The position numbers and the translations under genes are program-made. DNA of 64,000 bases, taken from Paraspadella gotoi (lineage: Eukaryota > Animalia > Chaetognatha). Positions 1 through 12,521 of the stretch are shown in pieces. Under the pieces are notes generated by a model. The model saw only the letters and a program-made list of their open reading frames with translations. It searched no databases and was not told the origin of the DNA. The stretch's first letter is position 1. Each line of letters starts with the position of its first letter. The DNA lies in assembly GCA_051294375.1 (NCBI GenBank), contig CM119269.1:13831887-13895886 (forward strand). Reading direction: 5' to 3'.

Positions 1-258
1 CCTGGATCCAACACGAAAAAATCTCGGATGTAAAATTTTGGGATTTTGTATTGAGAAAAAAAAATAAATGGCGGATAATAAAGTTTTTAGAAGAAGAAAA
101 AATAATAAGAATTTTTCAAAAAAACGAACACGATCGTACATAGAGAGAGAGACAGGAGAGAGAGAGAGGAGAGAGAGAGAGCGAGCCAGTGACTGGTGAT
201 GAAAAAAAAGTGACTAAAAAATTATTTTTGTACAAAAAAAGAGATAGAAAGAGAGAAA

Positions 259-302
<44 letters not shown>

Positions 303-1356
303 TTTTCCCGCCAACGATACGCAATATAGGTCACTCTCGTTTATATCGGCGTGATTCTCGGTCAAGTTGATTTTTTTTTATACACGTACGTTTCCGTTGC
401 CATCAAAACGCGTTATTAGGTCATGTTCCTCGACATTGTTTTACTCGTTGCCCTGCAACGGCCACGAAATCCAGGTCAGCAAGATATTCTTCATATTTTC
501 TCCAAAAAAGTCACGAAAATCTCAGATAGTTAATTTTGGGATTTGTATTGAGAAAGAAGCGCGGAATAAATGGCGATAATAAAAGTTTTTAGAAGGAAAA
601 ATAAATCAGAATTTTTAAAAAAAACGAACGATCATTGACATGAGATCGTACAGAGAGAGACAGACGCACACAGAGAGCGACTGAGAGAGGCTGAGAGAGA
701 CCCTGAACTCGTTTTTTAAACGATTCAGGAAAGGCAGCGCGCCTGAAAAAAAATATATATTAAGTGAAAAATAAATAAAGAAAGGCAAAAAATGTTACAG
801 GATGGTTTACAATTGGAAATTTTTTTCCAATTTTTTCCAATCGCAGCTTGTTAAAAGATTTTATTTTTATTTGTATTAAAAATTAATCATATAGCTTCTC
901 ATTTAAAAAATCCTTTGAGTTCCATTTTTATTAGAAATTAAAAAAAATTTTTGAATTTCATCTTCAATATTATATACTGCAATATGTAAATTAGATTAAA
1001 GCATTTCTATACTAATTTGGATATTATAATGAGTACTATAATCTCATTTTCATATTGCAGTAAATCATAATGAAGGGGAAATTCAACAAAATAATACTTA
1101 ATTCCAAATGTACATAAGAAAATATCAAAGCTATTTCAAAATGAAAAGCCATATCTAAATTTTTTTAACTTACTATGATTGCAACATTTTGTAAAACTTT
1201 TATCATAATTCATAATAATTTTTATTTAAAAAAAAACTGTAAGTCACAGCCAAACCTATAAAGCGTAGTAGTTTTTATATAACAAACAAGCGTGGACGGA
1301 CGACGACGACGACGACGACTTACGTCCACAAAGAAGCAAACCCTAAAACATACAAT

Positions 1357-1387
1357 CTATAGAAGCTGACCCGGCTTCGCCGGTCAA
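1357..1387 (-). mobile_element. Possible Helitron-type 3' end (GC hairpin followed by a CTAG-like terminus)
   Basis: The minus strand reads ACCGGCGAAGCCGGGTCAGCTTCTATAG. A similar end, CCCGGGTACTGAGCCTAG, lies on the minus strand at ~4348-4366. Confidence 0.3.
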
Positions 1388-1455
1388 GGCTCGATAAAAA
1401 AAGAAGTTATTGTGACCTGATTGTTAAATCCGATAGTGATATAAAAACTTCGAAC

Positions 1456-1594
1456 CTGATTGTTAAAGATGATTTGCTCTCCCAAGAGTCGCTCGATCTC
1501 GTCCTCCTTCCATCTCTTCTTAGCGACGACGGCGTCGACTTTGGAGACGATGTCCTTCACCACCTTCGCCAACTCTGTCGCTTCGTTGCGGGAT

Positions 1595-1650
<56 letters not shown>

Positions 1651-1868
1651 AAGAAAGAAAGAAATCAGTCAAGTTTAATCAACAATTTTCAATGACATTG
1701 ACTAGCCGCACCTGTTGAGATCCAACTCTGTCTGCTGCAGAACCTTGTGCAGCATCGAATATTGTCGCTTTAACTCATCGAAATCCGTTTCGCTTTTGTC
1801 CAACAACAAGCGAAGGGTCATCAGCTCGGATTCAACACGGTTTAACTGGGAGGGGGAGATAAAACGTT

Positions 1869-1903
<35 letters not shown>

Positions 1904-3362
1904 TAAAAGGACATCGCGACAAGAATATCGAGAGACAGACAGACACCCCGACAAAGAAACAGAAACACTAACAGGCAGACAGACAAAGCGTCGAAGTAAA
2001 AGAGATAGACCGACATAGCGATAAAGAAAAAGAGAGACAGAGAGAGACCGACAGAAAGACAGACCTGCATGGCAAGCCGCTCGTTTCTCTCGTGCTGATG
2101 AAGAAGGCTGCGTTTGTAAGTCTCGATCTCGCTGAGCGTGTGCTGCATCTGCCGCTTCGCCGCGTCGATCGTCTCCTGCAGGGCTTCTTTGGCTTCGTCC
2201 CTGAATGAAGGATGTCATTGGTTGCTAAGTGAGAAAGATTGATTGGATGATTGACTGGGCCTCATTTGGTTGAACCATCAAGAGGTGGTTGATTGATCTG
2301 GCTGACCGATCTGATTCATAAAACGACTTAATTAGATACTAGGATGGATTGAAAGTTTTATTGATTGATTGATTGAAAGATTTATTCATCGGTGTATCAT
2401 AATGTGAAACTATTTTCCCGCCTTTTCTTCGTGAGGAGCAAAGAGTCGCTCCAATTTTTCATGATCTCTTTTCTCTCGATGTTGACGGCACCGAGTTCTG
2501 TCGTCGCCTGAACAAACGATAACCCACGAGCATTAATTTATAAATATAATGGGGGAATGCAGCGGTGAGGCTAATGATTTAAGGCCCGATGATTGGCCAT
2601 TAGCCTGGTTAATTGCCTAAAGAATCGGCGACTCACCTGCTGAATGACCTGACAAATCGGCGACTAGTCTGGTTAATGGCCTGACTACTCGGCGAATTAC
2701 CAGATTGATGAATAGACAAGTAGACGACTCGCCTGATTAATGGCGTCTCTCTCGGCCTTCGTCTCCATCGCCTGAGCTGCGGTCAGCGTCTCGTATTCTG
2801 TGATTTCCTCTTTTCTCCTCAACAGCTCGTGGGTCAGTCTGGAGGGAGGAAGAGCAGGAGGATGAGGAGGAGGAGAATCTTAATGATTTACATCTTCTAT
2901 TTCATAAATATTCCTCATTAATAATTATTATATTTGTCAATAATCGCAAAAAAATTTAAGTGCAATAAATATCAAAAAACGACTAAAAGCGAAATAGTAA
3001 ATTGCAAATGTGCTCTGGGCGAAAAATATGTCAAATGAGGCTAAAATCTATCAATCTTTGTTAAAAATGTTATCCAATAAAATAAAAAGAAAAAAATAAG
3101 ACCCGCCTATGAACGAGCCGATCTTGCTCGAGCTTGGCCGGTTCCAGATTTTCGATCTGCTGTTTGGCTTTCATCGCGGCGCGTCGCTCCACATCGATCA
3201 GTGATTTGTCGTCTTCTTGATTCAACCTTATAAGTTTTTTAAAGTCGCGACGCGATAAGACGCTTCTCGGTCTCTCGGTCTATCTGTCTATCAGTCTATC
3301 TGTAGATTTATTAGGTTAAGAAAATTAAAAGCAAGATCTTGAGAACTTTAGCTTTCAGCAGA

Positions 3363-3420
<58 letters not shown>

Positions 3421-6400
3421 TTGATGTTGATGATGATGATAGAGGAGAGCTGAACTTAAAAGGGAAGAGGAAGAGGAAGAGCTCCAAAAGACAAACCAAA
3501 CAAAATCCTACTCTGCATCTCCGACCGCTTCTCTCTTCTTCTCCCTTTCCGTCCTTCTTCCCTCCCACCTCCCTCCTACTAACTTGGCGTAGTACAAATC
3601 GAGACTCGTCTTTTCAACCTCCTTCATCTTCGCGTCCGCTTCTCCGCGAATGGTCGCTTCCTCCTTTCGCTTCCTGTCGTTGTCGATGCGAAGTTCCTTG
3701 AGGGGGAGGAGGGGGTAAGGTAGGATTAAGGGTGAGCGGGTGAGTTAGCGTAGAGAAAAATGTTAGGAATAGAATTACGATTAGAATAACGAAGGAAATA
3801 GGCGTGGATTATAATGAAATTGGTACAACCAATATAATAATATGCTTGTGTAATAATAATATTATTCTTGTATAAGGTGGCAATTATCGTTTGTCGTTGT
3901 CGTTGGCTTTTGAGATTGAGAGGCAGAGGTTTACTCAGATATTTTTAAACAACGAATTTTTAATTTTCAGAAACGAACTCTGATTTTCGCATTGAAGAAG
4001 ACGAAACATGTTTGTTTCTTGTGAAGAGAGGCGGGCTAACTCAGTGGCACAGACGCGGCATCGGGCGTGGCAAACCCTTTTCGATGCGGCACTAAGCAGC
4101 GCCAGAGTCGGAAGAAAAGGCGCATACCAATTTGGGAGACAGAAGGAGCGGAACTGAGGTTTGAGATTTTCTTGATATTTTGTTTGAGAAATTTAATAAT
4201 TGATACTTTGGTCAAGACCGGGAATCCATAGATGTAAATTAATATTTAAAAGTAAGATGAAATAAGAGAAATACTTATAATTAATATTCTTGAAATAAGG
4301 TTTTAAACTCTGTTACAATACTCTATGGTAATAAATTGAAAAGAACACTAGGCTCAGTACCCGGGACCATAGTTGACTTTTCTGAAAATTAAAAATTCGT
4401 TTGTAAACGTTAAAAAAAAACCTCTGCCTCATAATATTATCCTTTATTATAATTTTTATTTAGGATTTTGACAATTGACATGAATTCCCTTTTATATTCA
4501 TACTAATTTCTCCATGAAAAATGTACATCATGCCACAGACTATTCAAGGTTCGGGTATTTTCATTGTCGTTTTTCCAAAAAAATCCCCCCGTTCGTGCTC
4601 GCCAACTTTAAATCTCCCTTTAAATCAAAGATCGGATTCAAACTTTGGCGGCGTCCTCGAGCTCCTCCCTCTCGTCGTGAAGCTGCTGGAGTTCGGTGAG
4701 CGTCGCTTCCAATTCCTCGAAACGTTTGCCTGAGATCGATGGAATTAATCAATCAATCAATCAGTCGAATTATTCAATTAAATATTCGATCGAATTTCAA
4801 TAATTTCAATTACATCAATCATAATTCAGTCAGTCGATTCAATTAATTCTTAAATTTATCACATTAATCAAATCAACCAAAACATAAATAAACCAACCAA
4901 TCAACCAAAGCAATCGAAGTCAAACAACCAACAATCCAGACTCGCCTAAATCCTCTTCCCAGACGAGGATCCTCCTGGCCGACGCCTCTTCCTCTTTCCT
5001 CGCCTCCTCCAAACTCTTCTTGGCGTCACGAAGTCTGATGGTTAAATCCTCATCGACTTTGAAGAGAAATTCCTTCAACTTTGCTTGGAATCTGCAGAAG
5101 AAGAGGACGAATCGAGTCGGCGACGACAAGATCATTTAAAATGAGATTCGAATTCGTCAATCTCATTTGCATATTGTCGTGTTTTGATTAAGTTTTGATA
5201 ATTTTTTATTTAATTACCTTTGAGGTTAAATATCGTTAATATTGTCGATATTTACTATTTTTAACATTGCATTAACCTTTAAAGTTTAATATTGTCAATT
5301 TACATTTGCAATTTATAAGGTTTGTGGTTTAGTTTATTATTTTATTTAATTTTCTAACGGCCTGATTAGTGCAGCAGCACCTGATCATGAGCGGGTGGTC
5401 GGGATCGAGCACCACCAACTCCGGACCCTCCACGGCGTCCTCGTCGTCGCTGAGAGGCGTCTCCGGCGGCGGCGGAGGCGGCGGCGGCGGAGGAGGAGGA
5501 TCCACCAGCTCCGGCACGCCCTCCCGTCTGTTGAGGTCCCGGATTCGGTCGCGAACTTCGTCGAGGAGATCCGCTCGACAGCGACAGGTTTCCTTGGAGG
5601 CGCCGAGTCTTTTCTCTGGATAAAAGGAAGAGGAGGAGGAGGAGGAGGAGGAAGAAGAAAAAGAGGAGGAGGAGGGGGAGCAATTAGAGTATAAGAAGTG
5701 CACAGTGGTTGACAGACTTACTTTTCTTCTTCTTCTTCTTTCTCCCTTTCCCACAGTGACAAGTATGAATCTCTCCGTTCGGACCGACGGTTTGCTGCGT
5801 GGATCAGTTTCTTCTTATCATTTAAACAAATAAATTAAAAGCCGACGGGGCTTAACTATCGATAAAAAAAAGAATGAATTTGTGACCCAGCCTCCTCGTT
5901 GCCCTCTCGAAGGAAAAACCCGCACCGTCCAGTTTCCGCCATCGTGCCATCATCACACTCCGCAGACTCTGCAGGAACTTCCACATTCCGCAGATTCTGC
6001 AGGACCTGCAGACGCTACATCCCCTGCAGCCCCCCAAATCCTCACCGTGCCTCCTCCTTGACCGTCCCCTCCTCCGTCCTCGTCGTCCTCCTCGCTTCCG
6101 CTGTCGCTGTCCTCGTCGTCGCTCGATCCTCCCTTTCCTTTCCTCCTCCTCCTCCCTTTCTTTCCTTTTTTGATCAAGACTCCGTTCTCGTCGTATTCGT
6201 CCTCTTCGTCCTCGGAACTCGATCCCCAACCGCTTCCTCCTCCTCCTCCTCCCTTTCCTCCCTTCTTCCCCTTTTTAATCAACACCCCGTTCTCGTCGTA
6301 GACGTCCTCCTCGTCGCTCCCGGCTCCTCCGCCTCTTCCTCCTCTCCCTCCCCGTCCCCCTCTCCCATCTTCTCCTTCCTCTCCCTCTCCTTTTCCCTCT

Positions 6401-9128
6401 TTTCCTCCCTTCTTCCCCTTTTTAATAAGCTTTCCGTTCTCGTCGTACACATCTTCCTCGTCGTCTCCCTCTCCCTCTCTTCCTCCCTTCTTCCCCTTTT
6501 TGATGAGTTTCCCGTTCTCGTCGTAGACGTCCTCGTCGTCGTCTCCAGCCCCCGCTCTTTTACCTCCTCCAACTCCTCCAGCTCCCGCTCCTGCACCTCC
6601 CGCATCTGCTCCACCTGCTCCGCCGGCTCCAGCTCCACCGGCTCCAGCTCCACCGGGCCCTCCAACACCGTCTCCACCTGCTCCACCTTGACCTCCAGCT
6701 CCTGCGCCACCGGCACCGTCGGCTCCAGCGCCACCCGCTCCTGCGCCACCCGCTCCCGCGCCATCCGCGCCGGCGCCACCAGCTCCAACGCCACCTGTTA
6801 AATATTTTAAATTATAAAAATATATCGCTGCTATCTGAAACTAAACAAGGCACTTTTTGGTCAGTCTGTCTGTCCGTTTATGATAATAAAAGAAGGAGAA
6901 TGAATAAAATAACTTTTGGCGAATAAGAAATGGTTAAAAACAAGAAGAGAGCTTTTAATAATTACTAAGTAACCCTGAAAGCTGGTCAACTCCTTTTAAA
7001 CGCGTGACACGGCGACAATTTGAGGATAGTTTTAAGATTTCTATCAACTATTATTGTTCCTCTTTCCTCTTAACCTGCTCCTCCATCCGCACCGCCTGCT
7101 CCAGCACCGGCTCCAGCACCAGCTCCAGCACCAGCTCCACCAGCTCCGTCCCCTCCCATGCCTTCCGCTCTTCTCCTTTCTTCCTCCTTCCTCTTCCTCG
7201 TCTCCTCGTCCTCTTCCTCTCCTTCTCCTCCCTTTCCTTTCTTCCTCCTTCTTCCTCCCATTCCGTCGTCTTCCCATTCGTCGTCGTCGTCTTCCCCGCC
7301 TAAATTATGTACATTATATTTTATTAATTAAATTCAATTTGAAGAAAAAAAAACGATTATTAAAACTGTAATATGGAAACAAAGATACAAGTTTAAGAAT
7401 TTTTTTAAAAAAAAATTATATTAAACTGCTTGATATAATAGAAATATTATAATATTACGATAGAAACAATTGCATATACTAAAGTTAAATAAACTAATTA
7501 ATTTTAACCAAAAAAATTGGAAACCATAGATTCCTTCCTTATTTCCAGAAAACAAAACATAAATTGCTTTCCTTATCATAGGATTCAATACTTCAATTAT
7601 TATATTACTATTTCAAAATTTATTTATTTCATATATATGTAAGAGAGCTAAATGGTCCTTCCTTATATATATACATAATTTATTTATATATATATATATG
7701 AAAACCAATAGAAAATTATCCTTCATTTAATAAATAAGCTATTTTGCCCCCAACTTTGGACAGGCTTTTGTGGTTTAAGGCCTCTATCACTCTTACAAGA
7801 TAATGTCATTATTAATGACATAGCAGGTCCCTACAAGCTTTTATTCAAGACTCTCTCACAGTCTCCTTTATTCACTCCCAGAAAACCTGGCTTCACTATC
7901 ACTGAAAGTGGTATAATATTTCAATTGTATAAAGGCCCACTCCCTATATTTAAAATATATCAACTTTACTCAGAATCTTAAAGAGTAAAAATCATTGATC
8001 TTTCCATTTGCATCTCAACAATAAAAAATCTCGCCTTTTCCTCTCTTTCGTCTCCTTCCTCCTTGTCCATCGTCTTCCCACTCGTCGTCGTCTTCTCCTC
8101 CTTCTCCTCCTTTCTTCCTTCCTCTTCCTCCCGGGATTTTATTCCCGAATTCGTCGTACTCGTCCTCGTCACCCTCTCCTCCTCCTCCTCCTCCTCCTCC
8201 TCTCCCTCTTCCTCCCGGGATCTTATTGCCGAACTCGTCGTATTCGTCCTCTCCCCCTTCCCCTTTTCCTCTTCCTCTTCCTCCTCCGATCCGGTTGCCG
8301 AATTCGTCGTACACGGCGTCCTCGTCTTCGTCGCCGTCCCTTCCTCCTCTTCCTCCCTTTCCTCCTCTGCCATCTCCTCCTCTGCCATCTCCTCCTCTTC
8401 CATCTCCTCCTCTGCCATCTCCTCCTCGCCCTCTTCCTCCGCCTCCTCCTATTCGGTTTCCGAACTCGTCGTACTCGGCGCCTTCCTCGTCTTCGTCTTC
8501 GTCCTCGTCTTCGTCGTCTTCCTCGTCGTCTTCGTCACCGACAGATGCTCCCTCTTAATAAATGTTAGAGTGTGGCAGCAGCAGCAGCAGCAGCAGCTGC
8601 CACAATCTGAATAATACAGACATCAATTCCAAATAATGGTCTAAAATAAAAGTCTAAAACCATAACAAAAAACTGTACAGAGAGACCGGCTGAGGACAGC
8701 CGGTAGAGAGTGGTGGTGACCGGTGATCGGCCAGTGATTGGGAGAGAGAGATGATCGGATGAGGTCGCGTGTTTCTGCTGCCACAAGATTTCTTTAAACG
8801 ATTGATTGATTGATCGATGGATTTCTCGTTTAAACGATTGATTGATTAATTTATTGATGAACGCCACTGATGGTGGATATGATTAATCATTAAAAATTGA
8901 TTAATTTATCTTATCTTTTATTCTCTTATTAATGTATCTTATTGGTAGCCCTAGTGTAATACTTTCTATTTCGTTGCGATATAGAATTGGAGAGAAAACA
9001 AAGTTTTATTTTTTGGTCTCTTATTAAAATAACTTTTTTTTTAATTTGATTGAGTGATTGATTGATTGATTGATTGATATTTTTTTTTAATCTAACCTCC
9101 GTCTTTGGCGTCTTCTTCGTCTCCGGTT
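1456..9128 (-). CDS. CCDC40: Coiled-coil domain-containing protein 40 (axonemal 96-nm ruler component); multi-exon, start codon and 3' exons not resolved
   Basis: Frame-consistent exons: 9128-9097 (tentative), 8553-8035, 7299-7075, 6794-6046, 5794-5722, 5615-5381, 5091-4946, 4729-4644, 3696-3584, 3226-3107, 2838-2733, 2507-2422, 2200-2065, 1845-1712, 1594-1456. The spliced protein contains [57 protein letters not shown] and KRDEAKEAL...EIETYKRSL...NERLAMQLNRVESE. These are collinear with the CCDC40 motifs I recall ([53 protein letters not shown]). Confidence 0.93.
7733..7950 (+). repeat. Dispersed repeat fragment related to the interior of the 41158-41704 element, inside a CCDC40 intron
   Basis: Shared blocks: AAGCTATYTTGCCCCYRACTTTG, GGCCTC..TCACTCTTACAA, CACTCCCAG..ACCTGGCT and CCACTCCCTAT. 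Confidence 0.65.
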
Positions 9129-9843
9129 CTGAAGAGTAAAAGAACAACAAAGGGGAAAAAAAATTGCAAGAATCAATCGTCAGGAAACTGAAATATCATC
9201 GACCGAGATTTGAGACTTGTGTTTTCGAGTCCTACTTGTTTTAAATCATCCGTTCGAAGTCATTCTTTTTCTTTCCTTCGCCACACGAGCAGGAAAGGAT
9301 AGGATTTTTATCATTTTCGTGGATGACATTACATCTTTGCTTTTACCGAAGGACGTTCGTTTTTCTCTATCTCTCATCTTTTTTGTATCTTTTTTATAAA
9401 ATCGCCATCCGTTTTTCAAAAAAAACTAACTACTAGCTACTTTTCAATTATATTGGCAAAATGAACCAGTTATAATTGGCTTTTATGATTATGGTGGCTT
9501 GGGAAATATCCAGAGAAAAAGTATCTTATAAAAATAAAGAACATTCATGGTAAAGATTTTAAATTATAAGATAAGATAAGAATTTATTAATTTCATTTTC
9601 CTTAAAACGATTTTTTTCGAAGTTACTCTAATCTTTCATTCTGCGGTTCTGGATTTTTCACCTTTCTCTGACTCACAACCGTTCCTAATTCGAAGCCACT
9701 CACTCTGAACGAACTCACACCTTTTTTCAGAACCAATCACAGAGTAAAAGAACAATAGTCGGAAATCAACCACTCTCGTTGCCTGTTCACTCTCTTTCAC
9801 TCTCTCTCTTTCTCTTTCAGCTGAGAAAGCATATTCTCACACG

Positions 9844-9917
<74 letters not shown>

Positions 9918-10171
9918 GCTTTGTTTTTTTGCGGGGTGAACCACCGGCGACGCTTTGTTTCCATTTCTATAGCCGCGGTTTTATTTTTTACTCGCACCAC
10001 TCTCTCGAATCGATCTCGTGTTATCATTCTACTTTTGTTATTATCTCCTTTCTCGTTATCTCGATAAAACTTCTCTCTTATCTCAAATTTGCAGAACGTT
10101 CAAACTAAAACGATCGCTGGTCAAGAAAGCAAATTCCCAAATTGCCCCCGAATAAAGACACAATCGTAACG

Positions 10172-12225
10172 ATGCTTCTCTCAAAACTCACGGCATCTTC
10201 GCCTTTGGACGGCAGGGCCACCGCAGCCTACAACCTGGTGAAGGCGGATTCGCCCACCTCGAAGGAAACGTCGATGATACGTCGTCCGTCCGCAAGATTA
10301 TCAAACGACGACGACGACGAAAACGTGGACCCTAACCTTTTTTCTTTGGGTCGAAGGTCGTTGAATTTCACCGCGGCGCCGCTAATGTCGTCCTCTTACT
10401 ACAAACTAACTTCGATCTTCGAAGAATCAAAAACCAAAGCGAAAAAAACGACAATTGACGTCAGAAACGCAAAAAGGATGTACGACAGCAAAGAAAACGA
10501 GAAACAGAAAGATCGAAAACAAAACACTTTGCAGATGGAATCTGTTTTTCCCGACGAAAACTTTGACTCAGACGACGACGACCACGACGTCGACAACAAC
10601 AACGACGACGACTTCGCCGGCTTCCAATCGATCCTTCCCCTCGAATCGGAGGCCCTCCACTCTCCCGACGCTTCCGTTTTTCCCGGGCATTCGACCGTCG
10701 ATATTCCCAATCTCCTCGTCGACCTCGTGGATGCTTTTCCGCTCGACGCCGTCAGACACAAGCCCCCTGCCAACTCAACCGTGTCCCTCCTGGCCGCCGC
10801 TTGTCCGACCTGGGCGGCGATGATTAAGCACTTCGCCGAAGCCGGGATGGCGTCGCCGGTCGTTTGGCGGTCGACGGCGTCGTGCGGAGCGTTGACGGCG
10901 GCGGTGGCGGGCGGAAGTGAGGAAGGAGAAGAAGAAATAGAGGAAGTGGAAGAGGGAGATGAAGCGGAGTGGAGCCTCGCCTTCGATTTTCACAGCATCA
11001 TAACTTCGCGAGTACCGGTCACGGGTAAAGTAACTGAGTTATGAATATGTCTTCTATCTAAATACGAATGTTAACATGTAATAAGCGAATTAAAAAGCTA
11101 ATAAATTACGTGACAAAGATCCCTAACATTTCATTAAATAAACTCGAAATCAACCCATCAGAGGACCTCGCCAGCGCCGACCAAGTCATCCAAGACATCC
11201 ACGATTTCCTTGAAGACGAAGACGACGACGAGGACAACGAACAAATTCTACTCATCGAGGAACCCAACGAAAACGATTCGGTAAATGAAAAAAATGAATT
11301 TTAAAAAGGATAATTAATAAACCACGCCTACTTCCTTCGTTAATAATAATAATAATAATAATATTATTAATAATTATAATAATAATTAATAATAATTAAT
11401 AATTAAATAATAAATAATTAATAATAATAATAATAAATAATTAATAATAATAATTAATAATAATAATAATAATAATTAATAATAATAATAAATAATTAAT
11501 AATAATAAATAATAATAATATGGTTCATCACTCTAAAACTCTTTAAGTTCAAACTATCGATGCCCACTCTGAACTGTTCAATTATCTATCCTNNNNNNNN
11601 NNATAATAATAATATGGTGCATCACTCTGAACTGTTCAATTATCTAATATCTAATATCTATCCTTGACGCCTTCAGGCCTCAACGACCGATTTTACCAAC
11701 GACGACCAACATTATTCTCCCTCTCTCTCTCGCCGGCCCGCCACGCCCACCCTTTCTGAGCTCCAACGCCTCGTCGAGACCCTAGACCGTCGTGTCCGCG
11801 AAAACTCCGAATTGCTGGTGGCGGAGCTGGCGGTTCGCGACCGTCTCGAGGAAGAGAGAGACGTGAAGGATCAATTCATCTCGATCTTAGTCGAAGTTCA
11901 GGACAAACGTCGACGAAGCAGAAAGAAAGAAGTCGAGAGACGAGCGTCTTTGACATCCGCGGCGACGTCGTCGCTGTCCTTGAATATAAACCGGCGTCGT
12001 TCGGCGATGCCTTCGACGCCGGCGACATCGCCGTCCGCATCGGCGGTGATTCCGTACGACGCGGAGACGCCGATCGACGTCCCACTCCTCCGCGTTTTCG
12101 TGGAGATTCTAAAGGCGATCAGGGACGAGTCTCCGAAGGTTCCGTCGCTGCTCACCGATTACATCCTCAGGGTGTTGTGTCCCGGAAATGGGACGAGCGG
12201 TGAAAGCTATCTCGTCGACTTGTGA
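10172..12225 (+). CDS. unc-76: Fasciculation and elongation protein zeta (FEZ/UNC-76 family), kinesin-1 adaptor; 3 exons
   Basis: Exons 10172-11024, 11162-11280 and 11677-12225, GT-AG and phase-consistent. Contains SADQVIQDI, a coiled coil (VRENSELLVAELAVRDRLEEERDVKDQFISILVEVQDKRR) and the family C-terminus VIPYD...LKAIRDESPKVPSLLTDYILRVLCP. The start ATG is the first in-frame one and is not verified. Confidence 0.9.
11341..11520. repeat. (TAA)n/AT microsatellite in FEZ intron 2
   Basis: Directly visible. Confidence 0.95.
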
Positions 12226-12521
12226 ATTCCATTTCACAGATTTTCCAGGGCCAAACGAATGACTAATTGCTTGCGTCAATGTTCACGTTGTAATAATTGT
12301 TAATAGCTAATGTTATTTATTTAATGTTATTGAATTTATCTGTTAGCACTTTATTAATTATCTGTTGAATATTTTTTACGAACATAATTCATTTGTAATA
12401 AAAATGGACGATTTTTATTGTAAATTTGTGTGCCACTTAATTTTTTAAAATTTTCTTTACCAGATTACATTATCACGGTTTTCTTTTAGATAATATTAGT
12501 AGTTTCCCTCGTTCCGACGTT

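Noticed and set aside
4030-4100. tRNA-like A-box (GGGCTAACTCAGTGGCACAGACG)
   Set aside because: No cloverleaf or proper B box; at most a decayed SINE remnant.
5899-6801. Plus-strand 300-aa hydrophobic ORF (likewise 8008-8614, 25603-26346, 63390-63830)
   Set aside because: Antisense shadows of low-complexity exons of CCDC40, the mucin gene and MGAT3.
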